Source: an uncultured delta proteobacterium (GTDB taxonomy: Bacteria; Myxococcota; Myxococcia; Myxococcales; Myxococcaceae). From it: 64,000 nt of DNA. A model generated the notes under the pieces. The model did no database searches. It was not told where the DNA came from and saw only the letters and a list, made by a program, of their open reading frames with translations. Position numbers and translations under genes: made by a program. The stretch spans positions 1 through 64,000 of the forward strand of contig CAVYSY010000048.1 in NCBI GenBank assembly GCA_963771175.1, in the 5' to 3' direction. Shown here one piece after another: positions 42,346-51,804 of the stretch; within the stretch, counting starts at the first letter, position 1; every line of letters begins with the position of its first letter.

Positions 42346-44253
42346 TCACCAGGGCATGCGATACAGCACGATGTCGGAGGTTGGCGCATGGAAGAGGTAC
42401 TCCGCGCCACGCTGTTCCCGCAGTGCCCGCTCCGCCGCCGAGCCTCCCCGCACTCCCACCCAGCGCGGCTTCAGCGCGTCGATGCGCGCGAGGTAATCCC
42501 TCACATCGCCTTCGCTCGGCACGTACTCCACCCGCGTGCGGTAGTCCCGGGTGAAGAACTCCGCGAGGAAGTTCACCGACTCGTCATAGGCCACCACGTC
42601 GCCGGCCTTCAGCTCGCGCTCCTTGAGCAGGTTCCACTCGGTGGGCCACAGCCAGTCCACCACCTGCAGCGCCGAGCGCTCCAGCGGACCCGCGCGCAGT
42701 GCTCGCTTGAAGTGCTTCGTGTACATGAACAGGTCCGCCATCTGGACCTGCGCGCTGGCCCCCTGCCAGAAGGTGACGCCGAGGAGCACCAGGAAAGTCA
42801 AAGACAGACCCGGCCGCAGCGACCCGCGCACCAGCCTCCCGTGGACGACGCCCAGCGCCACCAATCCCGCGGTGGCAACGCCCATCACGAATCGCGGCCA
42901 CCATGCCGCCTGCACCGTCAGCGCCACCAGCGCAAGCGCCAGGATGGGCAGGTTTCGCTTCCAGCTCCTCGGGCTCACCAGCTCCAGCACCAGCAACAAC
43001 AGACACGGCACCAGCAGATACGCGAACACCGGGCCAAAGCCTCCCGTGCGCACGTCCGGCCAGAAGGTGGGCGACTCCACGTACCAACTCCGCAGCAGGT
43101 GCGCGAAGGCCCCGGGCGCACCGAAGAAGAGCGGACTCTCTCCGGGCGGAGTGCCGTAGAAAACGGCCGGATCAAACAGCCCCGGCAGCTCGGTGCCCAG
43201 CAGCGGCACCTTCACCTTGAAGGCCCACAGCGGGTTGCCCGTCTTCCACAGGTTCTGGAAGTACTTGAACGAACCCACCGCCATCAGCGCGAGCAACGAC
43301 AGTGCCATGTCCCCCGCTCGCCGCCACCGCTCGCCCCTCGCCTCCCACAATTCCAGCGCGCCCCGAACGGCCACCCACGGCCCGAGCATCAACAGGTGGA
43401 AGGCCCCCGTCATCTTCGTGCCCGCGTACAACCCGAGCGCCAGCAGGCACATCCACCGGTCTCGCGCGGTGGGGCGCTCCCGCATGAAGAACACCGCCGC
43501 GCTCAGGAAGGCGCCGCACGCCACGTCCACATGCGTGCTCCACACCTGGAGGAACATGGGCGGCAGCAGCACCCACGCCGCGCCCACGCCCGCCGCGAAG
43601 GCCTTGCGCGCTCCCGCCGCATGCGCCCAGGCCGCCGTCACCGCCGCTCCCAGCACCGCGAAGGGCAACTGCGAGCTGTCGTCCAGCCGGTTGTCGAGCG
43701 GGAAGATGCAGTTCCACGCCGCCAGCAACTCCACATTCTTCGGGTGGCTCTGCGTCCACGGCACCGACGTCTCGATCCAGTCCAGCGACGCGGTCTGGAT
43801 GGCATAGGCGGTGATGGGCACGTGGTACCACGTCGGATCCCACGTCCAGGACTTGTAGATCCACACCAGCAGCGCGGCGAAGAGCAGCACGCCCACGGCG
43901 GCCACCACGGTGAGCACCGCCGGCTCGCGCTCCCGCCACGCCTCGCGGGCCAACCGCCTGGGCGCGCCCACGTCCGAGCGCAGCAGCACCAGCGCCCGCT
44001 CACGTCCCAGCCGGCGCCACGCCACCCACGCCGGCACCGCGAACACCACCGGAGCCAGCAGCCCGAGCCACACCGGCCGCAGCAGCCCCGGTATGCCCAG
44101 GGCCTGCATGGCCACGAGGATGAGCGTGGGCGCCACCAGCAGCGTGGCGATGAGGCGGTGCAGCACGCCCTTGTCCGGGTAGAGCGCGGCCGCCACCAAC
44201 CAGCTGGCCCCCAGGCACATCCACGTCTCGATGATCCAGATGATCCAACCCAT
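42346..44253 (-). CDS. Polytopic membrane protein, probable GT-C fold glycosyltransferase
   Basis: More than 10 TM helices; WDPTWYHVP (D-x-x-x-YH loop typical of ArnT/PMT-like enzymes); HVDV, GTK, GNPLW. Confidence 0.6.
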   Translation of the reverse strand: MGWIIWIIETWMCLGASWLVAAALYPDKGVLHRLIATLLVAPTLILVAMQALGIPGLLRPVWLGLLAPVVFAVPAWVAWRRLGRERALVLLRSDVGAPRRLAREAWREREPAVLTVVAAVGVLLFAALLVWIYKSWTWDPTWYHVPITAYAIQTASLDWIETSVPWTQSHPKNVELLAAWNCIFPLDNRLDDSSQLPFAVLGAAVTAAWAHAAGARKAFAAGVGAAWVLLPPMFLQVWSTHVDVACGAFLSAAVFFMRERPTARDRWMCLLALGLYAGTKMTGAFHLLMLGPWVAVRGALELWEARGERWRRAGDMALSLLALMAVGSFKYFQNLWKTGNPLWAFKVKVPLLGTELPGLFDPAVFYGTPPGESPLFFGAPGAFAHLLRSWYVESPTFWPDVRTGGFGPVFAYLLVPCLLLLVLELVSPRSWKRNLPILALALVALTVQAAWWPRFVMGVATAGLVALGVVHGRLVRGSLRPGLSLTFLVLLGVTFWQGASAQVQMADLFMYTKHFKRALRAGPLERSALQVVDWLWPTEWNLLKERELKAGDVVAYDESVNFLAEFFTRDYRTRVEYVPSEGDVRDYLARIDALKPRWVGVRGGSAAERALREQRGAEYLFHAPTSDIVLYRMPW

Positions 44254-44398
44254 GGCGCTCGCGGACAGTGCCCCAGCCCCGCCAACCCCGCAAGCCGTGT
44301 CTCCAGAACTGGACCACCGACACACGGTGTGTCTTTACCCGGCCCGCCATCTCGCAGATCATGCCCGCCCTACCGATAGCAACCCTCCGGAGGTTTCC

Positions 44399-45661
44399 GT
44401 GGCGACCCCATCCGCTGACGTCCAGCAACAGTCCCGGCAGTACAAGGACAGCGCCGCCGCCAACATCCTCCAAGGCAAGCCGGAGCAGGCCCTCGCCGAC
44501 TACCGCAAGGCGCTGGAGCTCCTCCCCCAGGACTCCGCCGCCCGCCTCAAGGTGGCCGAGCTCCTCGCCCAGCTCGGCCAGCGGCAGGAAGCCGTGCGCG
44601 AGTTCCAGTACCTCGCCGTCCGCTACGCCGCCGAGGGCCAGACGCTCCACGCCATCGCGGCCTGCAAGCTCATCCTCGCCCTCGACCCCAACCACCAGGC
44701 CACGCAGGAGAACCTCGCCAGCCTGTGCGCGATGCAGAGCGCCGAGGAGCGCCAGCGCGAGGCCGATGCCGAGCGGGACTCCACCGGGGAGCCGTCGTCA
44801 CTCCAGGCCACCACGGAGTCGCCGAAGCCGGCTCCCACGCCCCTGTTCTCGCAGCTCCCCCGGGACGTCTTCGTCGCCCTGCTGGGTCTGCTGGAGATGC
44901 GCCGGGTGTCCGGCGGCGAGCCCATCATCACCGAGGGTGAGCGGGGCAACTCCATGTTCATCCTCGTCCAGGGCACCGTGCGGGTGGTGCACACGCCCGA
45001 GAACGGCCCGCCGCGCACGCTCGCCGAGCTGGGCGAGGGCTCCTTCTTCGGGGAAATGGGACTCATCTCCGACGCCCCGCGCGTGGCCAGCGTGGTGGCC
45101 ATCCGCGACTGCACCCTGCTGGAGGTGACGCGGGAGATGCTGGCCCAGCTCGGGGAGCGCTTCCCCGTCCTCGAGCAGGTGGTGCAGCAGTTCTACAAGG
45201 ACCGGCTGCTCGACAACCTGCTCGAGTCCAACCCGCTCTTCCAGCCGCTCTCCGCCGAGCAGAAGCGGGCCATCGCCGAGCGATTCCAGAGCCGCACCGT
45301 GGAGCCAGGCACCGTGCTGCTCCAGCAGGGTCAGCGCAGCCATGCGCTCCACCTGCTGCTGCGCGGGCGCTGCTCCGTGGTGCATCAGGATCCCGAGGGC
45401 GGCGAGCTCCCCTACCCGGACATGCTGGAGGGCGCCGTCTTCGGGGAAATCTCCCTGCTGCTCGACCTGCGCGTCACCGCCACCGTGCGGGCCGCCACCT
45501 CCTGCCTGCTGCTGGTGCTCGACCACGAGACCGTGAGGGAGCTGGTGCTGCCCCACCCCGAGGTGCGCCGGACCCTCACCCAGCTCAGCCGCGAGCGCCT
45601 GGACCGGACCGCCGCGCTGCTGGCCGAGGGCGCCGAGGTCCCGGGCTCCTTCCTCATCTGA
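44399..45661 (+). CDS. TPR + tandem cyclic-nucleotide-binding domain protein
   Basis: TPR ALADYRKALEL.P; two CNB domains with FFGEMGLI...PRVASV and FGEISLL...VTATV. Confidence 0.88.
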   Translation: MATPSADVQQQSRQYKDSAAANILQGKPEQALADYRKALELLPQDSAARLKVAELLAQLGQRQEAVREFQYLAVRYAAEGQTLHAIAACKLILALDPNHQATQENLASLCAMQSAEERQREADAERDSTGEPSSLQATTESPKPAPTPLFSQLPRDVFVALLGLLEMRRVSGGEPIITEGERGNSMFILVQGTVRVVHTPENGPPRTLAELGEGSFFGEMGLISDAPRVASVVAIRDCTLLEVTREMLAQLGERFPVLEQVVQQFYKDRLLDNLLESNPLFQPLSAEQKRAIAERFQSRTVEPGTVLLQQGQRSHALHLLLRGRCSVVHQDPEGGELPYPDMLEGAVFGEISLLLDLRVTATVRAATSCLLLVLDHETVRELVLPHPEVRRTLTQLSRERLDRTAALLAEGAEVPGSFLI

Positions 45662-45676
45662 GCGCCACGCCGGGCG

Positions 45677-46264
45677 CTAATCGCGATCGTAGATGGGGTT
45701 CTCCGTCAGCCACGCGGCGAAGAGCGCGTCCGCGAAGTCCTTGCCGGGAATGAGGGCACCCCGGCTGGCCTCGCCGGAGACGAGCAGCCCCTTGTCCGGC
45801 AGATAGGTGATGAGGAGACTGTCGCCCTTGCGCACCGCCCGCAGCGACTGGACGAGCTGCTCCGAGTGCTGCCTCATCTCCGGGGTGCGCATCGCCGAGG
45901 TCCGGGAGAGGAAGTTGCGGAAGGAGTTCACGAGCTGCTCGCGATTGAGGCTGCGCCGGAAGTGGAGCTGAAGCTGCTTGGGGCCCTGGGCGGCAATGGC
46001 CTCGTGGGTGGAGCCCGGCGTGTGCTCCAGATACAGACCCCAGACATAGAGTTCGAAGAAGAGCTTCTTCTTGAGCTCCATATGGTCCAGGACGAGTTCC
46101 CTGCCCTGAAGGAAGATGGCATCCGGTAGGCGGACCCCCGCGGTCACCTTGGCCTGAGCCGTCCCCGCGACCAGAGCCAGCGCCAACACCAGCCACCGCA
46201 GCCACCGCAGGCGCCCCGCCCCCCACCCCTTCATCACCTTCGCGTCCTCTCGGTTGCGCTGCAT
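45677..46264 (-). CDS. Chalcone isomerase-like family periplasmic protein
   Basis: Signal peptide; AGV.LPD, K.FF.LYV.GLYL, KGD...ITY.P..G, G.DFA.ALF..WL. Confidence 0.78.
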   Translation of the reverse strand: MQRNREDAKVMKGWGAGRLRWLRWLVLALALVAGTAQAKVTAGVRLPDAIFLQGRELVLDHMELKKKLFFELYVWGLYLEHTPGSTHEAIAAQGPKQLQLHFRRSLNREQLVNSFRNFLSRTSAMRTPEMRQHSEQLVQSLRAVRKGDSLLITYLPDKGLLVSGEASRGALIPGKDFADALFAAWLTENPIYDRD

Positions 46265-46420
46265 GTCGTTGAATGTGGACACGATGCAAGGAGATGGCCA
46301 GTCTGGTTTATCCAAGTATTCCCCGCGAGCGCTTACCTGCTCGCCAGGGAAGGGCCAGTTGGACAGCGGGCATCCGAGCGCCGTGGGCGGGGACGGGTTC
46401 ACCTGCCCACCTTCAATGGC

Positions 46421-47782
46421 ATGAATCCCTTTGATGAAGAGGAACGGGGAAGGGGCTTCCGTCCCGAGCTCATCGACGGCGTGCGCACGGCGGCCCTTGA
46501 GCTGAAGGACGAGGATTCGGACTTCGACGCGCTCATCGAGAGCATCGGAGATGCGCGCTTCGTGCTGCTGGGCGAGGCCACCCACGGCACCCACGAGTTC
46601 TACAGGGCCCGGGCCACGCTCACCCGGCGGCTCATCGCCGAGCAGGGCTTCGCCGCGGTGGCCGTGGAGGCGGACTGGCCGGACGCCCTGCGGCTCAACC
46701 AGTACATCCAGGGCGAGGAGGGGGACGCGGAGGCGAAGCACGCCTTCGACGACTTCCAGCGCTTCCCCAAGTGGATGTGGCGCAACGCCGAGGTGCTGGA
46801 GTTGGTGGAGTGGCTGCGCGCTCACAACGCCGCGCAGGGGCCCAATGGGGTACAGGCGGGCTTCTACGGGCTGGACCTCTACAGCCTGCATGCCTCCATG
46901 CGCGAGGTGCTGCGCTACCTGGAGACGCGAGATCCCGAGGCAGCCGAACGGGCGAGGGCTCGCTATGCCTGCTTCGACCGCTTCGGCCCGGAACCACAGG
47001 CCTATGGCCATGCCACGTCGTATGGCTTCGAGGACCCCTGCGAAGACGAGGTCATCCAGCAGCTCCTCGAGCTGCGCCAGCGCGAGGTGGAGCACGGGAC
47101 GCGGGAGCAGGACGCGCTCTTCTACGCGCAGCAGAACGCGAGGCTGGCGATCGACGCGGAGACCTACTACCGGGCCATGTACGCGGGGCGCAACGCATCC
47201 TGGAACCTGCGCGACACGCACATGGCGGACACGGCCGACGCCCTGTCCGAGTACCTGAGCCGCCGCCACGGCAAGCCGGCGCGCCTGGTCATCTGGGCCC
47301 ACAACTCGCACCTGGGCGACGCGCGCGCCACGCAGATGGGCGAGCAGGGCGAGCTGAACCTGGGCCAGCTGCTGCGCGAGCGCCATGGCCGGAAGACCTT
47401 CAACGTGGGCTTCACCACGTACTCGGGCACCGTCATCGCCGCCCGGGAGTGGGACGAGCCGGGCCTCAAGCGGCGGGTGCGGCCGGCGCTGCCGGGCAGC
47501 TACGAGGCGCTCCTCCACGAGGTGGACATCCCCGGCTTCCTCCTCCGAATGGAGGACCTGGGCGAGGCGGGCGCGGGCCTGCGCGAGCGGCGGCTGGAGC
47601 GGGCCATCGGCGTCATCTACGCGCCGCACTCCGAGCGCCACAGCCACTACTTCTACGCGGACCTGCCGGCGCAGTTCGACGCCGTGCTGCACTATGACCT
47701 GTCGAGCGCCGTGCGGCCGCTGGACGCGGACGCCGGCTACGAGGAGGAGGATGCCGCGGACACCTGGCCATTCGGCATCTGA
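46421..47782 (+). CDS. Erythromycin esterase family protein
   Basis: VLLGEATHGTHEFY, AVEADWPD, FP.WMWRN, GFYGLDLYSL, WNLRD.HM, IWAHNSH.GDAR, QFDA. Confidence 0.9.
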   Translation: MNPFDEEERGRGFRPELIDGVRTAALELKDEDSDFDALIESIGDARFVLLGEATHGTHEFYRARATLTRRLIAEQGFAAVAVEADWPDALRLNQYIQGEEGDAEAKHAFDDFQRFPKWMWRNAEVLELVEWLRAHNAAQGPNGVQAGFYGLDLYSLHASMREVLRYLETRDPEAAERARARYACFDRFGPEPQAYGHATSYGFEDPCEDEVIQQLLELRQREVEHGTREQDALFYAQQNARLAIDAETYYRAMYAGRNASWNLRDTHMADTADALSEYLSRRHGKPARLVIWAHNSHLGDARATQMGEQGELNLGQLLRERHGRKTFNVGFTTYSGTVIAAREWDEPGLKRRVRPALPGSYEALLHEVDIPGFLLRMEDLGEAGAGLRERRLERAIGVIYAPHSERHSHYFYADLPAQFDAVLHYDLSSAVRPLDADAGYEEEDAADTWPFGI

Positions 47783-47838
47783 CGTCAGCCGAGCGAATGC
47801 CCCGCGGCGTGGGAGCACTCGGGATATAGGGGGCGACC

Positions 47839-48621
47839 GTGATGCTCGAGAGCTTCCTGATAGGTGAGGGGCAGCGGCCGACGGTGCTGCTGCACGGTTT
47901 CCTCGGTACGGGGCGCAACCTGCGCTCACTGGCGACGGCCTGGAGCGCGGTGGACAAGGACCGCCGCTTCCTCCTGCCGGACCTGACGGGCCATGGCGCC
48001 TCGCCCCGGCTGCCACCCGGGGCCACCCTGTCCACGGTGGCCGAGGACGTGGTGGAGACGGCGCGCGCGGCGGGGCTGGTGGGGCCGCTGGACCTGGTGG
48101 GCCACTCGCTGGGTGGGCGCGTGTCGCTCGCCGCGAGCCTCCGTGCCCCCGAGGACGTGGCCAGCGTGACGCTGCTGGACATCTCCCCCAGCCCCATCCC
48201 CACCGCCTTGTCCGAGAGCGGCAAGGTGCTCGAAATCCTCCGGGCCGCGCCGGCCAGTGCGCCGGACCGGAAGACGATGCGGGCGGAGCTGACGGGGCGC
48301 GGACTGTCCGGGCCCCTGGCGGACTGGCTCATCATGAACCTGGAGTCGGCGCCGGACGGAGGTGTGCGCTGGCGATTCGATCGCGAGTCGCTCGCCGAGT
48401 TCCACGGGAGGGTGAACGGAACAGACCTGTGGGCCGCGCTGGAGCGTCCGGGCGCGAGGGTGCGCTGCATCCGGGGCGGGCGGGCGCACTACGTCTCCGA
48501 CCCGGACCTGGCGCGGATGGAGGCCCTGGGCTGTCCCGTGGCCACGCTGCCGGAGGCGGGCCACTTCGTCCACGTGGATGCACCGGACGCGCTGCTGCGC
48601 TGGCTCACGGACTGGCGCTAG
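47839..48621 (+). CDS. Alpha/beta hydrolase (YbfF-like esterase)
   Basis: LLHGFLG, DL.GHG.S, VGHSLGG, LLDISP, AGHFVH. Confidence 0.88.
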   Translation: MMLESFLIGEGQRPTVLLHGFLGTGRNLRSLATAWSAVDKDRRFLLPDLTGHGASPRLPPGATLSTVAEDVVETARAAGLVGPLDLVGHSLGGRVSLAASLRAPEDVASVTLLDISPSPIPTALSESGKVLEILRAAPASAPDRKTMRAELTGRGLSGPLADWLIMNLESAPDGGVRWRFDRESLAEFHGRVNGTDLWAALERPGARVRCIRGGRAHYVSDPDLARMEALGCPVATLPEAGHFVHVDAPDALLRWLTDWR

Positions 48622-48642
48622 CACGGAGCGGACCTCCCCTCC

Positions 48643-49428
48643 ATGGAACGCTCCACCCTCCTCATCTGGCTGGCGGTCCTGGCCGACGGTCTCGCGGGAC
48701 TGGCGGGAGGACTCCTCTCGGAGCGATGGCTCACCCGGCACCTGTCGGCGCTGATCGCCTTCTCGGCCGGGGCCTTGCTGGGGGCGGTGTTCCTCGAGGT
48801 CCTCCCCGAGGCGGTGGAGGCCACGGGGCCCTCGGCCTTCCAGTGGGCGCTCGCCAGCTTCCTGGCGCTCACCTTCTTCGAGTGGTTCCTCGGCCCCCAC
48901 CACCACGACCACTCCACCCATGTGCCCGGTCACCATCACCATGCCCACCTGGGGACCTCGCCCACGGTGGTGCCGTCGCTGCTGGCCGCGGACGCGCTGC
49001 ACAACATCGGAGATGGCGCGGCGGTGGCGGCGGCCTTCCTCGTCTCACCCCAGGCCGGGGTGGCCACCGCGATGGCGGTGATTGCCCACGAGGTGCCCCA
49101 GGAGGTGGGGGACTACGCCCTGCTGCGCGCCGCGGGCTTCTCTCGGCCCCGGGCCCTGCTGGTGCTCGGCGGAGTGCAGCTCACGGCGGCGCTCGGAGCG
49201 GGCGCGGTGCTGCTGGGCTCACAACTGGTACAGGGCCTGGAGGGCATCATCCTCGCGCTCGCCAGCGGCACCTTCCTCTACATCGGCGCCACGGACCTGC
49301 TGCCGGAGCTACACCACAGCCCGACCCCGAGAGCGCGGCGCGGCTGGATGGTGGGCTTCCTGCTCGGCCTGGCGCTCGTGGCCCTGGCGGGCGTGGTGGA
49401 GCGACACGTACTCGGTGCACACGGCTGA
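48643..49428 (+). CDS. ZIP family metal transporter
   Basis: AGALLG.VF...LPEA, His-rich loop HHHDHSTH..GHHHHAH, DALHN..DG, AHEVPQEVGD, DLLPEL. Confidence 0.9.
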   Translation: MERSTLLIWLAVLADGLAGLAGGLLSERWLTRHLSALIAFSAGALLGAVFLEVLPEAVEATGPSAFQWALASFLALTFFEWFLGPHHHDHSTHVPGHHHHAHLGTSPTVVPSLLAADALHNIGDGAAVAAAFLVSPQAGVATAMAVIAHEVPQEVGDYALLRAAGFSRPRALLVLGGVQLTAALGAGAVLLGSQLVQGLEGIILALASGTFLYIGATDLLPELHHSPTPRARRGWMVGFLLGLALVALAGVVERHVLGAHG

Positions 49429-49530
49429 CGCGCCGCCGGTGCCCGTCACATCCCTGGAGTGACTCCTCCATCCCCCATGGCAGCCACCTCCGGCTGCCCC
49501 AGTGATGGATTCACCCACAGAGGAACCTCC

Positions 49531-49956
49531 ATGGAACCAGCAGCCGCGCAACCCGTGACGACCCCCTCCGAGCCGCTCGTGCCCAACCAGTACGAATTGC
49601 TGGGCAGCGGCGTCTCCATCAACTTCTCGACGACCAGCATCACCGGCCAACCGCTGTTCCACTACCAGGACTCCTGCCGAGAGGTGAACGCGCGCGGGGA
49701 TGAGATCCGCCAGGAGGAGACGGAGATTGGAACGCTGGTGACCATCACGCTCGAGCCGGATGCCGATGCGGGCTCGTTGCTCTTCACCGTGTTGATTCCG
49801 AGGGCCACCGTCCAGAACATCGGCAGCGAGCTGCGCATCACCACGGAGGGCATCATGGCCCGCAGCCGGTTCGCGCGAGGCCCCGCCGCCGACGCCCAGC
49901 TCCAGGAGTATCGGGTGGTGACGCTGAGGGGCCAGGCGACCTTCGTCATCTCCTGA
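49531..49956 (+). CDS. Hypothetical beta-rich protein
   Basis: SD AGAGGA; typical codon usage; PNQYEL...STTSITGQP.FHYQD...IGTLVTITL. Confidence 0.65.
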   Translation: MEPAAAQPVTTPSEPLVPNQYELLGSGVSINFSTTSITGQPLFHYQDSCREVNARGDEIRQEETEIGTLVTITLEPDADAGSLLFTVLIPRATVQNIGSELRITTEGIMARSRFARGPAADAQLQEYRVVTLRGQATFVIS

Positions 49957-50045
49957 CGTTCCGCCCGGCGAGGGAGCAGCCAACGGGGCGCAGGCAGCCC
50001 CGAGCGCCCATCGCCGGGCAGTGCCCGCATGGACAGGGTTCCAGC

Positions 50046-50904
50046 ATGCAGCTCGGTTCCAAGCGCATGCTCGGAGAAATCCTGATGGAGATGGGGCTGA
50101 TCGACCGCGCCCAGCTCCGCCTGGGTCTGGTGCACCACCATGAGACCCGTGTGCCACTCGGCCGTGCGCTCGTCCGGGAGGGGGTCTGCACCGAGGCCGA
50201 CGTCCTGCGCGCACTCTCCCAGCAGCTCGGCATCGAGGCCATCGAGCTGGAGCGCGAGCCGCTGGACCGGAAGCTCACCCGGCTCGTGCCCGCGCGCATC
50301 GCCCGACGGCACCGGGTCGTGCCGCTCCGGCTGGAGAAGGGAGAGCGCGAGGTGCTGCACATCGCCCTCCCCGCCCCGGCCTCGACTCGAGGCGCTGGAC
50401 GCGGTGCGCGCCGTCTCCGGCAAGCCCCGCGTCGAGCCGCACCTCGCCTCGGACTCGGCCCTCGCCCAGGCGCTCACCGCGCTCTACGGCATCCAGGAGG
50501 ACACCCACGAGCCCGCCTTCGAGCCCACGCCCCCGTCGGGACCGGGCGCGCCCCTGCTGCTCTACGCGTGGCCTCCCGTCACCGCCACCCTCATCTCGCG
50601 AGCGCTCGGGCGGCACGGCATCCAAACGAAGGTCGCCTCCCCGCTGGAGGTGATGCACACCGGGCCCTCGGACCTCGTATTCGCCCCCGTCCAGGCCATG
50701 GAGGGCCTGCTCGCGGGAGAGGCCCGGATCGCCGGCGCGCTGCTACTCTCCGGTAGCTCGGATGACGAGGACCTCGAGCGGGCCCACCGGCTCGGAGCGA
50801 AGGGCTACATCTCCAACCCGCTCGACGGAGAGCTGCTGCTGCGCGCCATCCGCCGGCTGCGCCCCTCCTCCGACGACTCGTCGCTGTCAGGACCGAATGG
50901 CTGA
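50046..50904 (+). CDS. MshEN (GspE N-terminal) domain protein with receiver-like tail (frameshift near 50385)
   Basis: LGEILMEMGLID..QL...L and LGRALV..G......VLRALSQQLG; C-terminal LGAKGYISNPLD.ELLLRAI. Confidence 0.75.
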
Positions 50905-50930
50905 CGGCGGAGAGAGGCCGCGGTCCGCGC

Positions 50931-51692
50931 CTACGGGAAGATGACGCCGATGGGCGGCTCCTCGCTGGTGAGGAAGCGCGGGTAGGTCGCCGTGTACCGG
51001 TTGGTCTGCACGAGCAGGCGGTTGCCCTCGAAGTGCATCCCGTAGACGCTGGTGCTCCCACGGTACGTGCCGAGGAAGCCGGTGCGGGAGACCGACAGGT
51101 CCTTCGGATTCAAGGCGAAGAGACGCACGTGCACGAGCCCCGAGCCGCTCGGCGTCCCCTTCGACGCGAAGGAGACGGCGAGGCCCTTGCTCTCCTTCGT
51201 CGCCACCGTGACGCTCGCGGCGTACGAGGAGTCGAGCACCACCGTCTGTGCCTCGCAGTGCCGCGAGGGCATCCGCTGCACGGTCAGCTGGTAGCGCGGC
51301 GGACCGTAGCGGCCCTGCGGCGGCGTGGTGACGAAGTACCAGCAGCCTCGGAGCTGCACGGGGGGCGCGGCCAGCGAGGAGAAGGACTCCACGTCCGTGG
51401 AGAGCAGGAACTCCACCGCCTGCTCCTCGGTGTACTCGTTGGCGGGCCCGAACACGGGCTCCGCCTCGGCCTCGTCCGCCTCCTCCACGAGCGCGGTCGG
51501 AGCCGCCGCCGTGCTGGCCATCAACGCCTCGATCTGTGCGTTGTCCCAGGCTTCATGGAGCGCGTCCTCCGCCTTCTGCTCCTCGGTCCGGAGATCCTCC
51601 TCGACCGGTGCCGGAGAGAGCTCCTGAGCGAATGCACCGCCAGCCCCGAACAGCACGGCCGTCATGGAAACCGCCCGAATCATGTGCCTCAT
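50931..51692 (-). CDS. Secreted hypothetical protein (acidic N-terminal half, basic beta-rich C-terminal half)
   Basis: SD GGGAGG; signal peptide MRHMIRAVSMTAVLFGAGGAFA. Confidence 0.65.
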   Translation of the reverse strand: MRHMIRAVSMTAVLFGAGGAFAQELSPAPVEEDLRTEEQKAEDALHEAWDNAQIEALMASTAAAPTALVEEADEAEAEPVFGPANEYTEEQAVEFLLSTDVESFSSLAAPPVQLRGCWYFVTTPPQGRYGPPRYQLTVQRMPSRHCEAQTVVLDSSYAASVTVATKESKGLAVSFASKGTPSGSGLVHVRLFALNPKDLSVSRTGFLGTYRGSTSVYGMHFEGNRLLVQTNRYTATYPRFLTSEEPPIGVIFP

Positions 51693-51804
51693 GTCGTCCT
51701 CCCTTTCGTGGATTCCCACGAATTCAAGCAGAGGAGGCCAACATTTCCAAGGAGGGTATAAAAGCCCCCGGAGGCGGACCTGGGCGGAGGTCGACTCCAG
51801 GGCC

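Noticed and set aside
36672..42346. att sites, integrase or transposase bounding the DUF2381 module
   Set aside because: I found no recombinase gene, tRNA or convincing flanking direct repeat by eye, so it is not called a mobile element.
46421..47782. Erythromycin esterase as an antibiotic resistance gene
   Set aside because: The family is broad and mostly not macrolide-active; there is no mobile context and the codon usage looks native.
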